Shown: piece by piece, positions 24,699 through 36,283 of the stretch | Numbering within the stretch: position 1 is the stretch's first letter | How the letters are laid out: each line of letters starts with the position of its first letter | NCBI GenBank assembly: GCA_965649765.1 | Contig: OZ287760.1 | Location: 868,001 to 932,000, forward strand | Origin: Bispira polyomma | Taxonomy: Eukaryota | Length of the DNA stretch: 64,000 nt | Direction of reading: 5' to 3' | Program-made: the position numbers and the translations under genes | The notes under the pieces: model-generated | Seen by the model: the letters and a program-made list of their open reading frames with translations, nothing else | What the model was told of the DNA's origin: nothing | The model's database searches: none

Positions 24699-25299
24699 TC
24701 CTACATTATTTGGGAATGTTCTCAAAGAAGAGGACTTAGTTGTAAGGGTACATTAACCAGACATTTCTATTTGAATGAGATAAGTATAAGTGAACATAGC
24801 CATGGTTATTATTTCATATTTTATTATTATTGTGGGTATAGTTCCTCCCCTGTAAAAATTGTTATGGGCAAAGTTCCTTGTGGGCAAAGGTCCTGTGGGC
24901 AATGTTATTTGTAAGCAAATGTCCTGTGGGCAAAGTTCCGTACTCCAGGATATGTAACAACTTTAACTTTTTATCTACCAAAATATATTCTTTTAAAACA
25001 TTTTAACTTAAAAACACTTTTAAATTAAATATATACAAAAAGTATGGCAAAATCAAGGGGTAATAGGGCAAAATCATACCACCTATAAAAAGTGTGGCAA
25101 AATCATGTGTGGCAAAATTATAGAGAATCGTCATTTTTCTACCACATCTATGTCCTTTTACCAACAACCATTTCTGATGGCCGGTACTAAGTTTTGTCTT
25201 AAATTGACATGGGAAGGAAGGAATGAGGTGATTTACCGTCATCAGGAACCATTACCAAGTAGTTACCTCCGGTGAAAACAAAATGCATCAGGGCCCTGT

Positions 25300-25600
25300 A
25301 AATCAAAACCTTCGTTAAAATGTCGACTAACGAACGTGTAACGACAAAACTACCAGACAGAATCTAAACAACTCTGTGGGTAAATAGAAAACATTGGTTA
25401 GGTTTTTGTTTGTTGATCCTAAACAAAGGTCTAACTGATGTGGTTGTATGGCATCATATAGTGTGGTTATATGGCATCATATAGTGTGGTTATAGTAGAA
25501 ATGTAGAAATTAGGCCCGTTTCAATCAGGGTTGTTTGATTAATTTGAGATTTAAATCATGATTTTTTTTTAACTCAAAAAAATCAAATAAATCAAGGACT

Positions 25601-25640
<40 letters not shown>

Positions 25641-26610
25641 ACATCTTGATCTTTTCAGTGACTTTAATTTTCTAAAAAAAAAAAACGTTTACTTTCTTAA
25701 TAATTGACATTTCAGTTAATAGTGGTAATCAATTCATAAAGTATCATTTGTTTATGTTTGACTCATTAGTTATCCCTTCATAAACTATTAACTGCTTATG
25801 TTGGACTCAATAATGCTGCACTTAAACAATTATTACAGAACCCTTTTTGTGGTGGATGTCATCCTTCTTGTCACTTAATCCTTTCAGAGCACAACCTCAG
25901 CCACTCTTTTTCATACAAATAAACTAAAACTGATCAATAGCTTTTATAAACACACCCCCAGCTCAATGGCCAAGCTTATTAATCCTGTCTAAAAAGAATG
26001 ATCAGTCTTGCTAGTGGAGTATATAATATGTATAGGAAATAATTAAAATGGTCATTAAGCTATTTTTAAGTTCATTTTAAAGTGTCATTATTGCCAGCTG
26101 CTTGTATAAAGTTTTTGTTGTTGTTAATGTATTCAAACAAGATTCACAATAAACATGAAAAATAGTAGTTTTTCACGGCAACACATTATTGTATTGAAAG
26201 AATTAAATAAAATAAATAAATAAAAAAAATCTTTTTTTTTTTTTTTTTTAAAATCATGATTTTTTTTCAACCCTGGTTTCAATAAACACCAGTATTTTAG
26301 ATGTCTTACACAGAGTATTGATCCATTTAGTGCAACAATAAGTTATGGGTATCAAATATTTGAACTTTGAAATATAAGTAAAACACAATGTACTCAAGTA
26401 CATCTCCTGATAAATCTTGTGACCGATATCATGACAAATATGTATGAGTGCATTGGCAAAAACAGGAGAGGAACCAATATCATTTCTATTGATTTTTTTT
26501 ATGGGCTATATTGGATACAGAAGTCAAAATACATTGCATAATTACCATTTTCTTGCTGTTTAGACATTTTACTATTATTTTCATTGATTTTTTTTTATTT
26601 GTGAAAATAT
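25300..26610 (+). repeat. Second copy of the 545-985 dispersed repeat, interrupted by insertions
   Basis: 25300-25400 and 26284-26610 align to 545-650 and 655-985. Confidence 0.75.
25526..26275. mobile_element. hAT-type MITE
   Basis: TIRs cagggttg / caaccctg, perfect 8-bp TSD gtttcaat (25518-25525 / 26276-26283), subterminal aaatcatgatt repeats. Confidence 0.92.
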
Positions 26611-27846
26611 GGTCTAACGAACACCAAACGACAGGGTCTTAGTTGTCGTTCAATTTTGGGGGTTTTGAGGTAATGAGGGTTTCCATTTACAGCCCGTGTG
26701 CGACAGGTCCTGGTGTTCGTTCTCTTAAGTCTCTCGCAATAGGAAATTGTTAGCACAAGAGAATTCTCTGGTAAATGAAATTGTGAAGTTGTCATTAAAT
26801 GCCTAAAAGTAGTCTTTTATGTGTGGGTGTGTTTTAGTGACTTCAGCTATCTTTAAACAACCTATTCTGAAATAATTTCCATCTGTTCATGGAGATAGTG
26901 TGTTCTTTGTGTCGAAATCATTATTAATCTGTTACTGTCACTGTAGTGCGATTCACAATGGCCTATATTGAATGCTGGTCGTCCAATTGATATATGTCAT
27001 ATGTATTGCTTTTTAACTTTTAAAAGCAATTAGAGATAAGTTGAGGAAAACTTTAAATGACTTTAAGTAAACAATGTGCTGTAAAATTTAATAACTGAAA
27101 TGGGTATTGCTGGGTATCTAGTATCATATATTGATCTCTTCGGGAAAATGGATGTCAACGCCTTTATAATAATCTTTATACATTAATCTTATTATCTATT
27201 ATTATTTAATGTATTTACTGGGTATCTAGTATCTTATATTGATCTCTTCGGTTAAATTTATAATAGTTTAAAGAAGTGGTGGAAAATGAATTATGAAATG
27301 TAACTGGTGAAAAAAATCTGTGCTAAAACAATAGATGAAAGTGTTTTAAATCTAAGCTTAAATGCAACAGCAGGTGTCGCGCTAGTTTATCTTGTGAAAA
27401 AAAAAATAATGAACTTACCAATGTTATCAACCATTTATACATACACATATTTTCTGTAATAATCTAAGTAATTTATTGGTATCCTTTATTATCAGAGTTG
27501 ATCATACCACATCACATGTGATGTATTAGAAAATGTCATGCATATGAACAACTCTATTTCAAAAGTTATTTTCTGGGGGTAAATATTTTGAAGAGTAATT
27601 GTAACATTATTATTGGTGTAATAAATTGGATTGTAAGTATGACATACACTTAGGTTAGACAATATAGTATATCTGTAAATGTAATGTGCTTAAATAAAGT
27701 GACTTAAATATAGATAGATTCATTAAGAACTTGCAAAAAAGTAAAACTTACTGGACCTAAAATCCAATTTTAAAAGGATTATGCGTATTTACTGACCAAA
27801 TCAGTAAACATGCATATTTACTGTAACATATATATATATATATGTA

Positions 27847-28347
27847 TGTTGCACCTAATCCATGAAATTGCCCATTTTGTGAAATGGGCAAAGAATTCTC
27901 TTCTTATTTCACAATATTGCAAGTACAGTCGAGTCCCTTTTAGTCAAACCTCAAGGGACCCGAAACACGGTAAATTTCAAATGAAAAGGCCTTTTTGGGT
28001 CTAAAAAGTTGTTCCCATAACAGGGAAAATGACTTAACAGAGTTCTAAAAGGGGTTTGACTGTAAATGTACGAAATTTTAACTTTTCTACAGACAGTGAT
28101 TCAAATATGTGCCTGATGTTTTTTTTTAGACTTTATTTTATTTTTTTAACATTTCTATAACTTATACGTACAAAATAAAACTACTTCCACAACGTAAAGT
28201 AAACATTCCCTTGCATAAAAAGCATTCCTTTGCAGAAAAAACATTTTATTGTTACTTGAATAATTTTTTCCTCATAAGATTGCCTATTTTATGAAATGAG
28301 TAACGTAAAACTTACAAAATTGCCCATTTCACGAATTGGGTGTAACA
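27847..28347. mobile_element. TGT..ACA-ended MITE with nested pogo-like MITE (27926-28062)
   Basis: TA|tgttgcacctaatccatgaaat ... atttcacgaattgggtgtaaca|TA; nested TA|cagtcgagtcccttttag...ctaaaaggggtttgactg|TA. Confidence 0.75.
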
Positions 28348-30144
28348 TATATTTATGCACATAATAGTACTTGGCTACAGTACTGTACTCTTTATTTTTT
28401 TAGGTCTGTTGAAATGATCTGGCTGATCGCATCAAGAAACAAAGTGTCTGCTGAAGCAAGGTGTCACAAGTGGCTGACAAAAACAGGGGGGGGAGCGGCT
28501 GGGATGCACAGATATGGGACGTATATTATCAAGCACAAAAAGACCAAGAAAGCCGTTTGGGATCCTTTTAGCTACAAGCTGCATCAAAGCGAAGAAGAAA
28601 TTACAATTGGGATGGAAAACAACGTCTGGTAGGAGAGATATGATATACAGTGTGTCTGTGTGTGTACAGAAACAGTCGCCATATTTATCTAATGGCCTGG
28701 AGGTATTATCCAGGGTATAAGTGATATATGGAGGCCCTGGAGATCCAGTGGGTATGATGAACACATAACTCCCCACACAGACAACTGGCTGCACCTACTG
28801 ATGACAGAACTGTGTTTACTGTGTGTGTTCAAACCCTGGGGAGGGTTTTGGAGGAGGAACAATGAAGGGCCGTTGAGAGTTATTTTGCAGCAGTGTGGTG
28901 TGTGGGTGTGTGTGGGCTGGAGAAAGTGTACAACAATTCAACTGGCTTGCACCACTGAAATTTCGCTAGGCAACAGTAACAAAAAACAATAAATTTTGCA
29001 ATACATGTTAAAGACCATCAGTCAGTAAACTTCTATAAAAAATAGTGGTGTCATACGAATATATATATATTATGCCCAAAACAATACAAGCAAACACTGC
29101 TTCTCTATTCTAGTATGAGGATTGTTAGGATTACCATCCAAACTTTATTCTTTCCCTGTTTTTTCAAGCCTCATATTCATGGCTTTAAAGAGTTCAGTTT
29201 CAAGTCAAATATTTTAATGAAAAAACAAACTGATGTTCCCCTTTAGCAAAAAGAACCCAGTGTGATTAAAAACAAAATAACTATCTGGAACACTTTAAGC
29301 ACTTTTCAGTTACACTAAACCCTGGCTTTTCTACCGTTTTCCTAATTTGAGAACAACACACTATACTAGCACTAGTGCTGCTTCAGAAAGTAGATTGTGT
29401 ATCGCCTGAATTGTATAGCGTCTGATTCACTTTCTTTGTATTTCACAGATTCAAGCAGTATATTCTGCAGAAGGGGATGTTTGAGTGGATGTTATGTCTA
29501 ACATGTACTATAATACTATATCTAACACGTACTATAATAGTATAGAAAACCTCTATATTATCCAAACTTTTTCAGGGGCTGGTGTATCCTCAGAATACAC
29601 TCCTGCCTAAAAAAACTCGCACTCAAATATAGGTGTGTGTGTGTGGAAAGCCTCAGCAGCAACATGGAAATACAACTACACACTTGTGAAACCATTCTTT
29701 TTAATACAACTTTCAACAGTGAATTCCAATATGTAATCCCGTTTTTCAGAGATATATACGTGTCTTACTTGTACTCACCCCAAACTTGTTTGGATAACAG
29801 AGTTTTTCCTACTGTATACTTTGCGTGTGTGCGTCTCGTCACTCTTCCCTTTTTATTTCAAGAAACAAAAACTATATAAAATTCCTTTTGCCTTCTTGGT
29901 GGTGGTTGTTTTTTGTCATTTTCAGAAATCCGTGAAAGCTCCACACGTAGATCTATTTTGTAATAGTCTTTTTTTTTTTTTTTGTCGAGTCAATTCTATT
30001 CCTTTTATTCAATTCTATCTTTATTCTACCTTATATTTTCATGTTTTTCCTCATTTCATGTATAGTAAAACTCTCCTGCCATCTTGTTTTACCTGACACC
30101 ACTTTGTGTTTTGTTTTTCTCAGTATTGTAGATCTTTGACGACC

Positions 30145-30273
30145 ATGGCAGGTTTTATAACTTTTCTCACCCTTTTGCATTGGTACGATGCCAGCTTTGA
30201 CCAGGCGACTTTTGGCGGCAGCAGGTACCCGAGACGTTCCCCCTACAAGTCTCGATCCGCTCTCCTGGTGGAA
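30145..30273 (+). CDS. Coding exon 1 of orphan low-complexity protein (exon 30124-30273)
   Basis: Acceptor tgttttgtttttctcag| at 30123, strong Kozak gaccATGG, donor GAA|GTAAGT at 30274 (phase 0); encodes MAGFITFLTLLHWYD...SRSALLVE (43 aa). Confidence 0.75.
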
Positions 30274-30424
30274 GTAAGTACAGAGTATATGCCTGATGAG
30301 TCCCGCCCCACAGTCTCACACCCTCTATATAGAAGCCATCACATTGATCCCCCGATACAAAAACAGAAGGGACAGTATAAAATCTTTTGTTTTAGTATAT
30401 TTTCTGAGTCTCTATTAAATTTAT

Positions 30425-30978
30425 ACAATACCACAAGGGGGCCTGTTGTGGCCTGATGGTTAGTAGTAGTGTCTGGTTCACACTGTACAATACCACAAGG
30501 GGGCTTGTTGTGGCCTGATGGTTAGTAGTAGTGTCTGGTTCACACTGTACATTACCACAAGGGGGCCTGCTGTGGCCTGATGGTTGGTAGTAGTGTCTGC
30601 TTCACCCAATACAATACCACAAGGGGGCCTGTTGTGGCCTGATGGTTGGTAGTAGTGTCTGCTTCACCCAATACAATACCACAAGGGGGCCTGTTGTGGC
30701 CTGATGGTTAGTAGTAGTGTCTGTTTCACACTGTACAATACCACAAGGGGGCCTGTTGTGGCCTGATGGTTAGTAGTAGTGCCTGCTTCACACTGTACAA
30801 TGCCACAAGGGGGCTTGTTGTGGCCTGATGGTTAGTAGTAGTGTCTGCTTCACACTGTACAATACCACAAGGGGGCCTGTTGTGGCCTGATGGTTAGTAG
30901 TAGTGTCTGTTTCACACTGTACAATACCACAAGGGGGCCTGATGTGGACTGATGGTTTGTAGTAGTGTCCGCTTCACA
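30425..30978 (+). repeat. 62-bp minisatellite (~9 copies) made of flank plus SINE head
   Basis: Unit acaataccacaagggggcctgttgtggcctgatggttagtagtagtgtctgcttcacactgt; last copy runs into the SINE body. Confidence 0.95.
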
Positions 30979-31115
30979 CGATCACTGGCCTCTTGTCAAA
31001 ATATGTAGATTTTCAACATCCTATTCGTTCCTCCATGTGGGGAAAGTTTGTCATGTTAAAATGCCCGTCTTGACATGTGACCCTTAGCTGTAAATATAAA
31101 GTAAATAACTAAAAA
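30933..31115 (+). mobile_element. SINE (V-domain-like family), internally deleted
   Basis: atcactggcctc...ttcctccatgtggggaaagtttgtca...tgacccttagctgt. Confidence 0.75.
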
Positions 31116-31157
31116 TGAAATTTTCTTTAATAATTAATGTAGATATCTATATAAATA

Positions 31158-31334
31158 CAGTGGAACCCCATTTAAGTCAAACTAGAAGGTACTGTCGAAA
31201 TCTGTTCTATTTAACAATTCTACTTATCAGGTTAAATTATCAATTAGAAATATAGCTGTGGGATCTTAAAAGGTAACTTCTACTTAACAGGTAATTGCAT
31301 TATCATAGTTCCACTTTCAAAGGGGGTTTAACTG
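31158..31334. mobile_element. pogo/Tigger-like MITE
   Basis: TA|cagtggaaccccatttaag ... aaagggggtttaactg. Confidence 0.7.
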
Positions 31335-32552
31335 TTTCAGTTAATATCGAAGCTATGTTTTGGGTGTTTACATGAATTTATTTTTATATTATTACAGTGT
31401 TTATTATCATCCTAGTTGTTTGTAGCTTTTGGGTCTGCGTTATATGGGTAAACCCACGATTGTCTATATAAACCTCCCACCCTATAAAAGTGTAGTGACA
31501 AAATATTAATATGACTGACAAAATCGCCCAAATCAATGATCAAATCACTACTACTACTGGCTTGGCTTTTTGTAAAACTTTTTCTAAAAGCTTAGCCAAT
31601 CAGATTGTTTGAAACAAATGTTTCTAGCCAATCCAATTGATGGAAAATAAAATAAAACAGTAGGCATCCTTGAGAATACCAGCCCAGGGGATGTATTTTG
31701 ATATCAAGGCCTCCACTAAGCACATACACGTTTGCCTTTTACTACTGCGATCTGACCCAGACATTAATCATTCATTTTAATTAAAGTAGTAAATGAAGGT
31801 GTATAAGAAAAGTTTTAACAACCAATTTTCTTTGAACTCTAATATTTGTACCTAGAGACTGTTTTACATTTTTATAGTGCATTTGTATTAATGTTATTCT
31901 GTATTTTTACATTGTCGTGGAGAAATACTCTTGCAACTAGCAGCAAAGTATTTCACAGCAACATCATCATTACATATAGAAATGGCACGGCTTGGTATGA
32001 CATCGTCCTAAGTTATGTTTTCATGATGGTTCTCAAACGGTGCTGTATATTGTTGTTGCTCATCGCCTCTTAAATCTGTATTGTGTGGTCTGTGTAAAGT
32101 AGTGTGGAGTGTTATGTCTCTGTTCAGTTTGCGATATATAGCGGTCGACACACAATTCGGTACATTGCGCGCACAAGACATTTTAAGTGTTCGACGAAAC
32201 TTACGATATTTACCGAATATATTTCACCCGCAATACTTTTAAGATTTCTTTCTATAGTTCACTCCCTTGACTCCTGGGGCCAGTTTATTTCAGTAAGTAT
32301 AATTGTTGGCACTGCATGTGGTCTACATCCACACATAAAGGACTATAATCTGCTAACACATGGCTGTTTGTTCTTCTTGTTCTGTACAGATCCTCAAAAA
32401 GTCTTTCCAGGTGTATGGACTCGATCCAACGGTAAGTTTATTAGTTTTAGGAGCACTCTGAAAAATCAGGGCCATGGGGTGGTCTTTGAGGGAGGGGTGG
32501 GGTCTTTCAGTTGTGTAGTGGTAGTTACACTGACCTCCCACCTTGTTCGGGA

Positions 32553-32757
32553 CTGGCCGTGGTGGTGGCCTGGTAGTTAGAAGCATCTGCTTTTAACAAA
32601 TCACTGGTCTCTTACCTCTGTGGATCGAATCCCACATATTCCTCCATTTGAGAAAGTTTATCCGGTTTCCCCTACTGGTTTCCTCCACCACTCATCCTGG
32701 CCATCACCATATGACCAAAGATGTTGAAAACCAAGTAAAACCTAATAAATTCAAATT
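32553..32757 (+). mobile_element. tRNA-derived SINE, near full length (V-domain-like family)
   Basis: A-box tggcctggtagttag, B-box ggatcgaatccc, core gagaaagttt...ggtttcctccacca, tail catatgacc...tgttgaaaa; further partial copies follow at 32770-32910 and 32990-33090. Confidence 0.8.
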
Positions 32758-33411
32758 CCCACCTTGTTTTGTTACATCAAGTAGGAAAGTTTGTCGGGAG
32801 TTTGCCACAGGTCAGTGGTTTACAGTGGCTTCTGCACTGGTTTCTGCCATGATTAAATCTGGCCATAGCAGTATAACCTGAGCTGTTGACATCTGCTTAA
32901 AAACCTAACCTTGTTAGGTTGACATTGTGTATGTTCAGAAAAAGATTGCCAGTTGGGCTTGATGGTAGGCCGGTGAGTTTTGCACAGAGGACAAAAACTT
33001 TGACCAACCCTGTTTTCATTTCCTCCATTAGTAAAACAGTCCTGGCGCTTTCAACACAAAACATGTTGAAAATAGACAATAAACAAAGTTTTTTTTCTTA
33101 TAAACTATAAGTAATAAACCAGAATAAATAAGTATAGTTACAATTTTAATTTGAGCAACTGGGTTTTCTTATTTTATAAATTTAAAAAAAAATTACAATA
33201 TGTACAGCATAACCCTCTATTTTTTCCCAGAAGTTTGGATGATAAGAGATCATACTGCACATATCCTGATTGTATAAATACTATATATTACCTTGTGTAT
33301 ATTATTATATACTATTTTTTTGTTTTCATTTATTGCGCCACCCAAAAAATGGTTTGTGTGTGGTGGTATTGCGATGGCCTGTACTTAATGAATCTTTTGT
33401 TTCTTTTTCAG

Positions 33412-34575
33412 CTTCTCGCCAATGCGACGGCCCCTAGGCGCGGTCGAGGCGGAAATCGCCGTCCTCGCCGCAATGTCGCCGCTCCTCGCCGCAATGTCGC
33501 CGCTCGTGCCACGGCTGGTGCTGCGCCCCCAGTCCCGGTCCCAGCTCCAGTCCCAGTCCCACCCCCGGTCCCAGCTCCAGTCCCGGTCCCTGCTCCAGTC
33601 CCAGTGCCACCCCCGGTCCCAGTGCCACCCCCGGTCCCAGTGCCACCCCCGGTCCCAGTGCCACCCCCGGTCCCAGCTCCAGTCCCGGTCCCAGCTCCAG
33701 TCCCAGCTCCAGTCCCAGCTCCAGTCCCAGCTCCAGTCCCGGTCCCACCCCCAGTCGTGGCTCCAGTCGTGGCTCAACAACAACCTCAACATCAGGCAAA
33801 TTTATCTGGCAGTGAGGTAGCGAGGTTGGATAGGGAGGTTGTCCCCACTTCTCCTCCATCTCTCTCCCCCACTGCGTCTGTGTCAGATGCGGTATTCACT
33901 CCAGATACCTACCCACACCAACAGGAGTCACTGGATCAGTCGGTGTTCGAGGACTCCTCGTCATCGGATGGTTTAGTGGCTCGTGTTGGGTCTTCTCTGG
34001 CGTCCCCCCCTTCTTTACAAGTGGAGGAGACGGTGGAGGAGGACCAGGCTGCTCTGCAGGTGAAAGCAGTGACCAAGTCTCCCCCTAAGCCATCTCGTGT
34101 GGTATCGGGGTTGGAGGCGGGGTTGCTGTCTTCTTCTGTGGTGCGCCCTGGTGTGGTTGGGGAGCTGGTTGTGGATCAGCCGGATCTGTCCAGACCTGGA
34201 CCTTCTTGGCTTGGTTTGCATCAACTACCTTCCCCCAACTCCCCCTCATCTTCTAAGGGGTCAACATCATCACCCTCTAAAACAACTCCCAAAAAAAGGA
34301 AGAGGTCTTCCGAATTGGACAACCTGTTATCCAATGCGGAAGGCACTCCCTCCAAAGCTGCCAGGCTGAGCATGACCAGGGAAGAGCGTTCCCGTAAGTC
34401 ACCTGAACGTTATCAGGATCCCTATAGTCCATTCTGGTACAGGGTGAAAGATGTTATGGCAAACACAACACGTTTGGTGCAGAATAATACTGGAAGGCTC
34501 CGTTGGCATGATAAACGTCTTGAACGTTTGGAGGCGTATTGTAATTTAGATTATTTGCCTCGTTATAAATGCTAG
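33412..34575 (+). CDS. Coding exon 2 (terminal) of orphan Pro/Ser-rich protein, 387 aa
   Basis: Acceptor tcttttgtttctttttcag| in phase 0 with exon 1, abrupt GC rise exactly at 33412, long open frame continuing ~800 nt beyond the repeat to TAG; PKKRKR at 34288-34305. Confidence 0.82.
   Translation, partial: LLANATAPRRGRGGNRRPRRNVAAPRRNVAARATAGAAPPVPVPAPVPVPPPVPAPVPVPAPVPVPPPVPVPPPVPVPPPVPVPPPVPAPVPVPAPVPAPVPAPVPAPVPVPPPVVAPVVAQQQPQHQANLSGSEVARLDREVVPTSPPSLSPTASVSDAVFTPDTYPHQQESLDQSVFEDSSSSDGLVARVGSSLASPPSLQVEETVEEDQAALQVKAVTKSPPKPSRVVSGLEAGLLSSSVVRPGVVGELVVDQPDLSRPGPSWLGLHQLPSPNSPSSSKGSTSSPSKTTPKKRKRSSELDNLLSNAEGTPSKAARLSMTREERSRKSPERYQDPYSPFWYRVKDVMANTTRLVQNNTGRLRWHDKRLERLEAYCNLDYLPRYKC
33526..33772 (+). 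repeat. Coding tandem repeat (6/12/18-bp units) encoding (PV/PA/PP)n
   Basis: ccagctccagtc and ccagtgccacccccggtc units; all unit lengths are multiples of 3. Confidence 0.95.
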
Positions 34576-35386
34576 AGAAGTTTACATGCCATGTCAAGTG
34601 AATGGCCCGGAAGGGCTGTTTAACCCTCTTGACACTGTTCAGCCTGGCAGCACACAACCTGAACTGGGGGCTCTTTAAGAGTAGCCTTCTGTGATGTGAA
34701 ATATGATTTTGTTGTGACTTTGATATGTACGTATATATATTACACATTGCATTAACAAACAACAGAAGCACTTATTCTAGCTTGTCAGGGGTTCTTATAG
34801 TACAGACAACTACAGATATTAAATTACAGGTCACGTAAAAATTGATGTATCTACCTATTCTTAACATCTACTGTTTAACCTTTAAATGTTATGAAAACCT
34901 ACTGGTGAACCTTGTTATTTTGTTTTGATATTTATATGCATTTGTTTCAAAATGTCTGGAAAGGAATGTATATCTTTAAATCCGGTTTCTTGAACGTTTA
35001 TGCTCTCGGTTTTTTTTTTTAAAACAAACCGTTTTAGCGCCTTGGTATCTGAAATTTAATATTTAACGCCAACGAAATAACCCTAGACTTTTGTTTGAAT
35101 GTATTGTAGTGTTTTAATGTTTATTTGCGTCTTTGGAAAAAATAATTTTTTTGAATCACTTGATTTTTTTTTTTTTTGTTCATAACAGTTGCATGTGGTT
35201 TTGTTGTGACCACTTGTTATGTTGAAATGAAGACTGTGTACATGCCCCATTGTCCAGAACCCCTCAAACCAAGTCACCGCCCCCGGGAAAAGGTTATGTG
35301 AGTTTTTCTCCATTTACTTATATTTATAACCAAATGTTTTGTGTTCTGTGCAAAGAAAAGTGCAACTCAAGGGAAAAACCTAAGTA

Positions 35387-35542
35387 CAGTGAAAACCTCT
35401 TTTGAGTAGAAAGATTTACTTGTTTATAGGTGGAGAACAATTAGTAGTGTTGTCCCACAAAAGCCTTAGATTTCATATCTCGACCCTGTGTAAATCATGT
35501 CCAAGTAGAGCCTTGTCTGCTGGTCCTTTTGTGATTCGACTG
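35387..35542. mobile_element. Degenerate pogo/Tigger-like MITE
   Basis: TA|cagtgaaaacctc ... ttcgactg|TA. Confidence 0.5.
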
Positions 35543-35563
35543 TAAAGAACCACAGTCTCATGA

Positions 35564-35569
35564 AATAAA
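35564..35569 (+). promoter_or_regulatory. Possible polyadenylation signal of the orphan gene
   Basis: First AATAAA I find after the stop codon, followed by a T/GT-rich tract. Confidence 0.3.
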
Positions 35570-36283
35570 CCTTTTTCAGGTCTGTTGTTAAACGGTTATT
35601 TTAGACCGGTACCTTAGTTTAGTTTTTTCAAGTGTCTGCACATTTAATGAATCGTGTCCACAATGATCAGTGTTAGGTGAAAAGATTGTAGCAAATATTA
35701 GTGTGTGAAGTTTAAGGAAGATCCTCTTCAGAGTTTTAATAATTAATTAAATTTGCAATTAATAAGTTTAAAAAAAAATGTGTCTAAATTTAGTCCACTT
35801 TTTCAGCAATATTGATAGGACAAGTTCCCGTTGAATATTTTTACAAAAAAAAAATCCCTGAAAATTTCATTCAAGTTGTATGGACTGTGTCGATATGGTT
35901 AGGGTTCTGATATTGGTATACCGTGTTTTCCCCAATATATGAAAGGTCTGGTGTTACATAAAAAGTTTCTGTATACTGAATTGTTTCAGTGGGTTTTAAT
36001 GGCTGCTATACCTTTGCAGTAATCATAAGGCTCTCGAGCACTATTTCATCCTAGAATTGTTTAAACCTTTTTTTAACCCTTTCGACCTGTAGGTTGTTTA
36101 CTAGCAGCCAAGCACCCTAAAAATATTTTTTTATTAAATGTAAGTCTAATATTATTTTGTGTATTATTTTTTTTCACTTAGATCAATTTAATCAGGTTTA
36201 CTGCCCTGAAATGTTAGGTTTTATTGTCTGTGAAATTGGACACTTTTGTTGTGGGTCATGTACAGGATGTCATAAAAATATAT

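Larger units (their letters stand above)
23899..24946 (+). mobile_element. Mutator-like (MULE) derivative, copy 2, inverted relative to copy 1
   Basis: 9-bp TSD aggaaatgt / aggatatgt (8/9); termini gaatccaggaac... and ...gttccgtactcc match the reverse complement of copy 1 termini. Confidence 0.9.

Noticed and set aside
32553-32640. tRNA gene (also 8092-8165)
   Set aside because: A/B boxes present but no intact cloverleaf, and the sequence continues into a SINE body.
33151-33411. N-terminal 87 aa of the 474-aa ORF
   Set aside because: AT-rich intron sequence starting at TTG and ending in a polypyrimidine tract plus AG.
33385-33859. Antisense and alternative-frame ORFs (WDWS, GPGLEL elastin-like, QSRS repeats)
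   Set aside because: Shadows of the Pro-Val coding repeat; they end at the repeat borders whereas the main frame continues ~800 nt.
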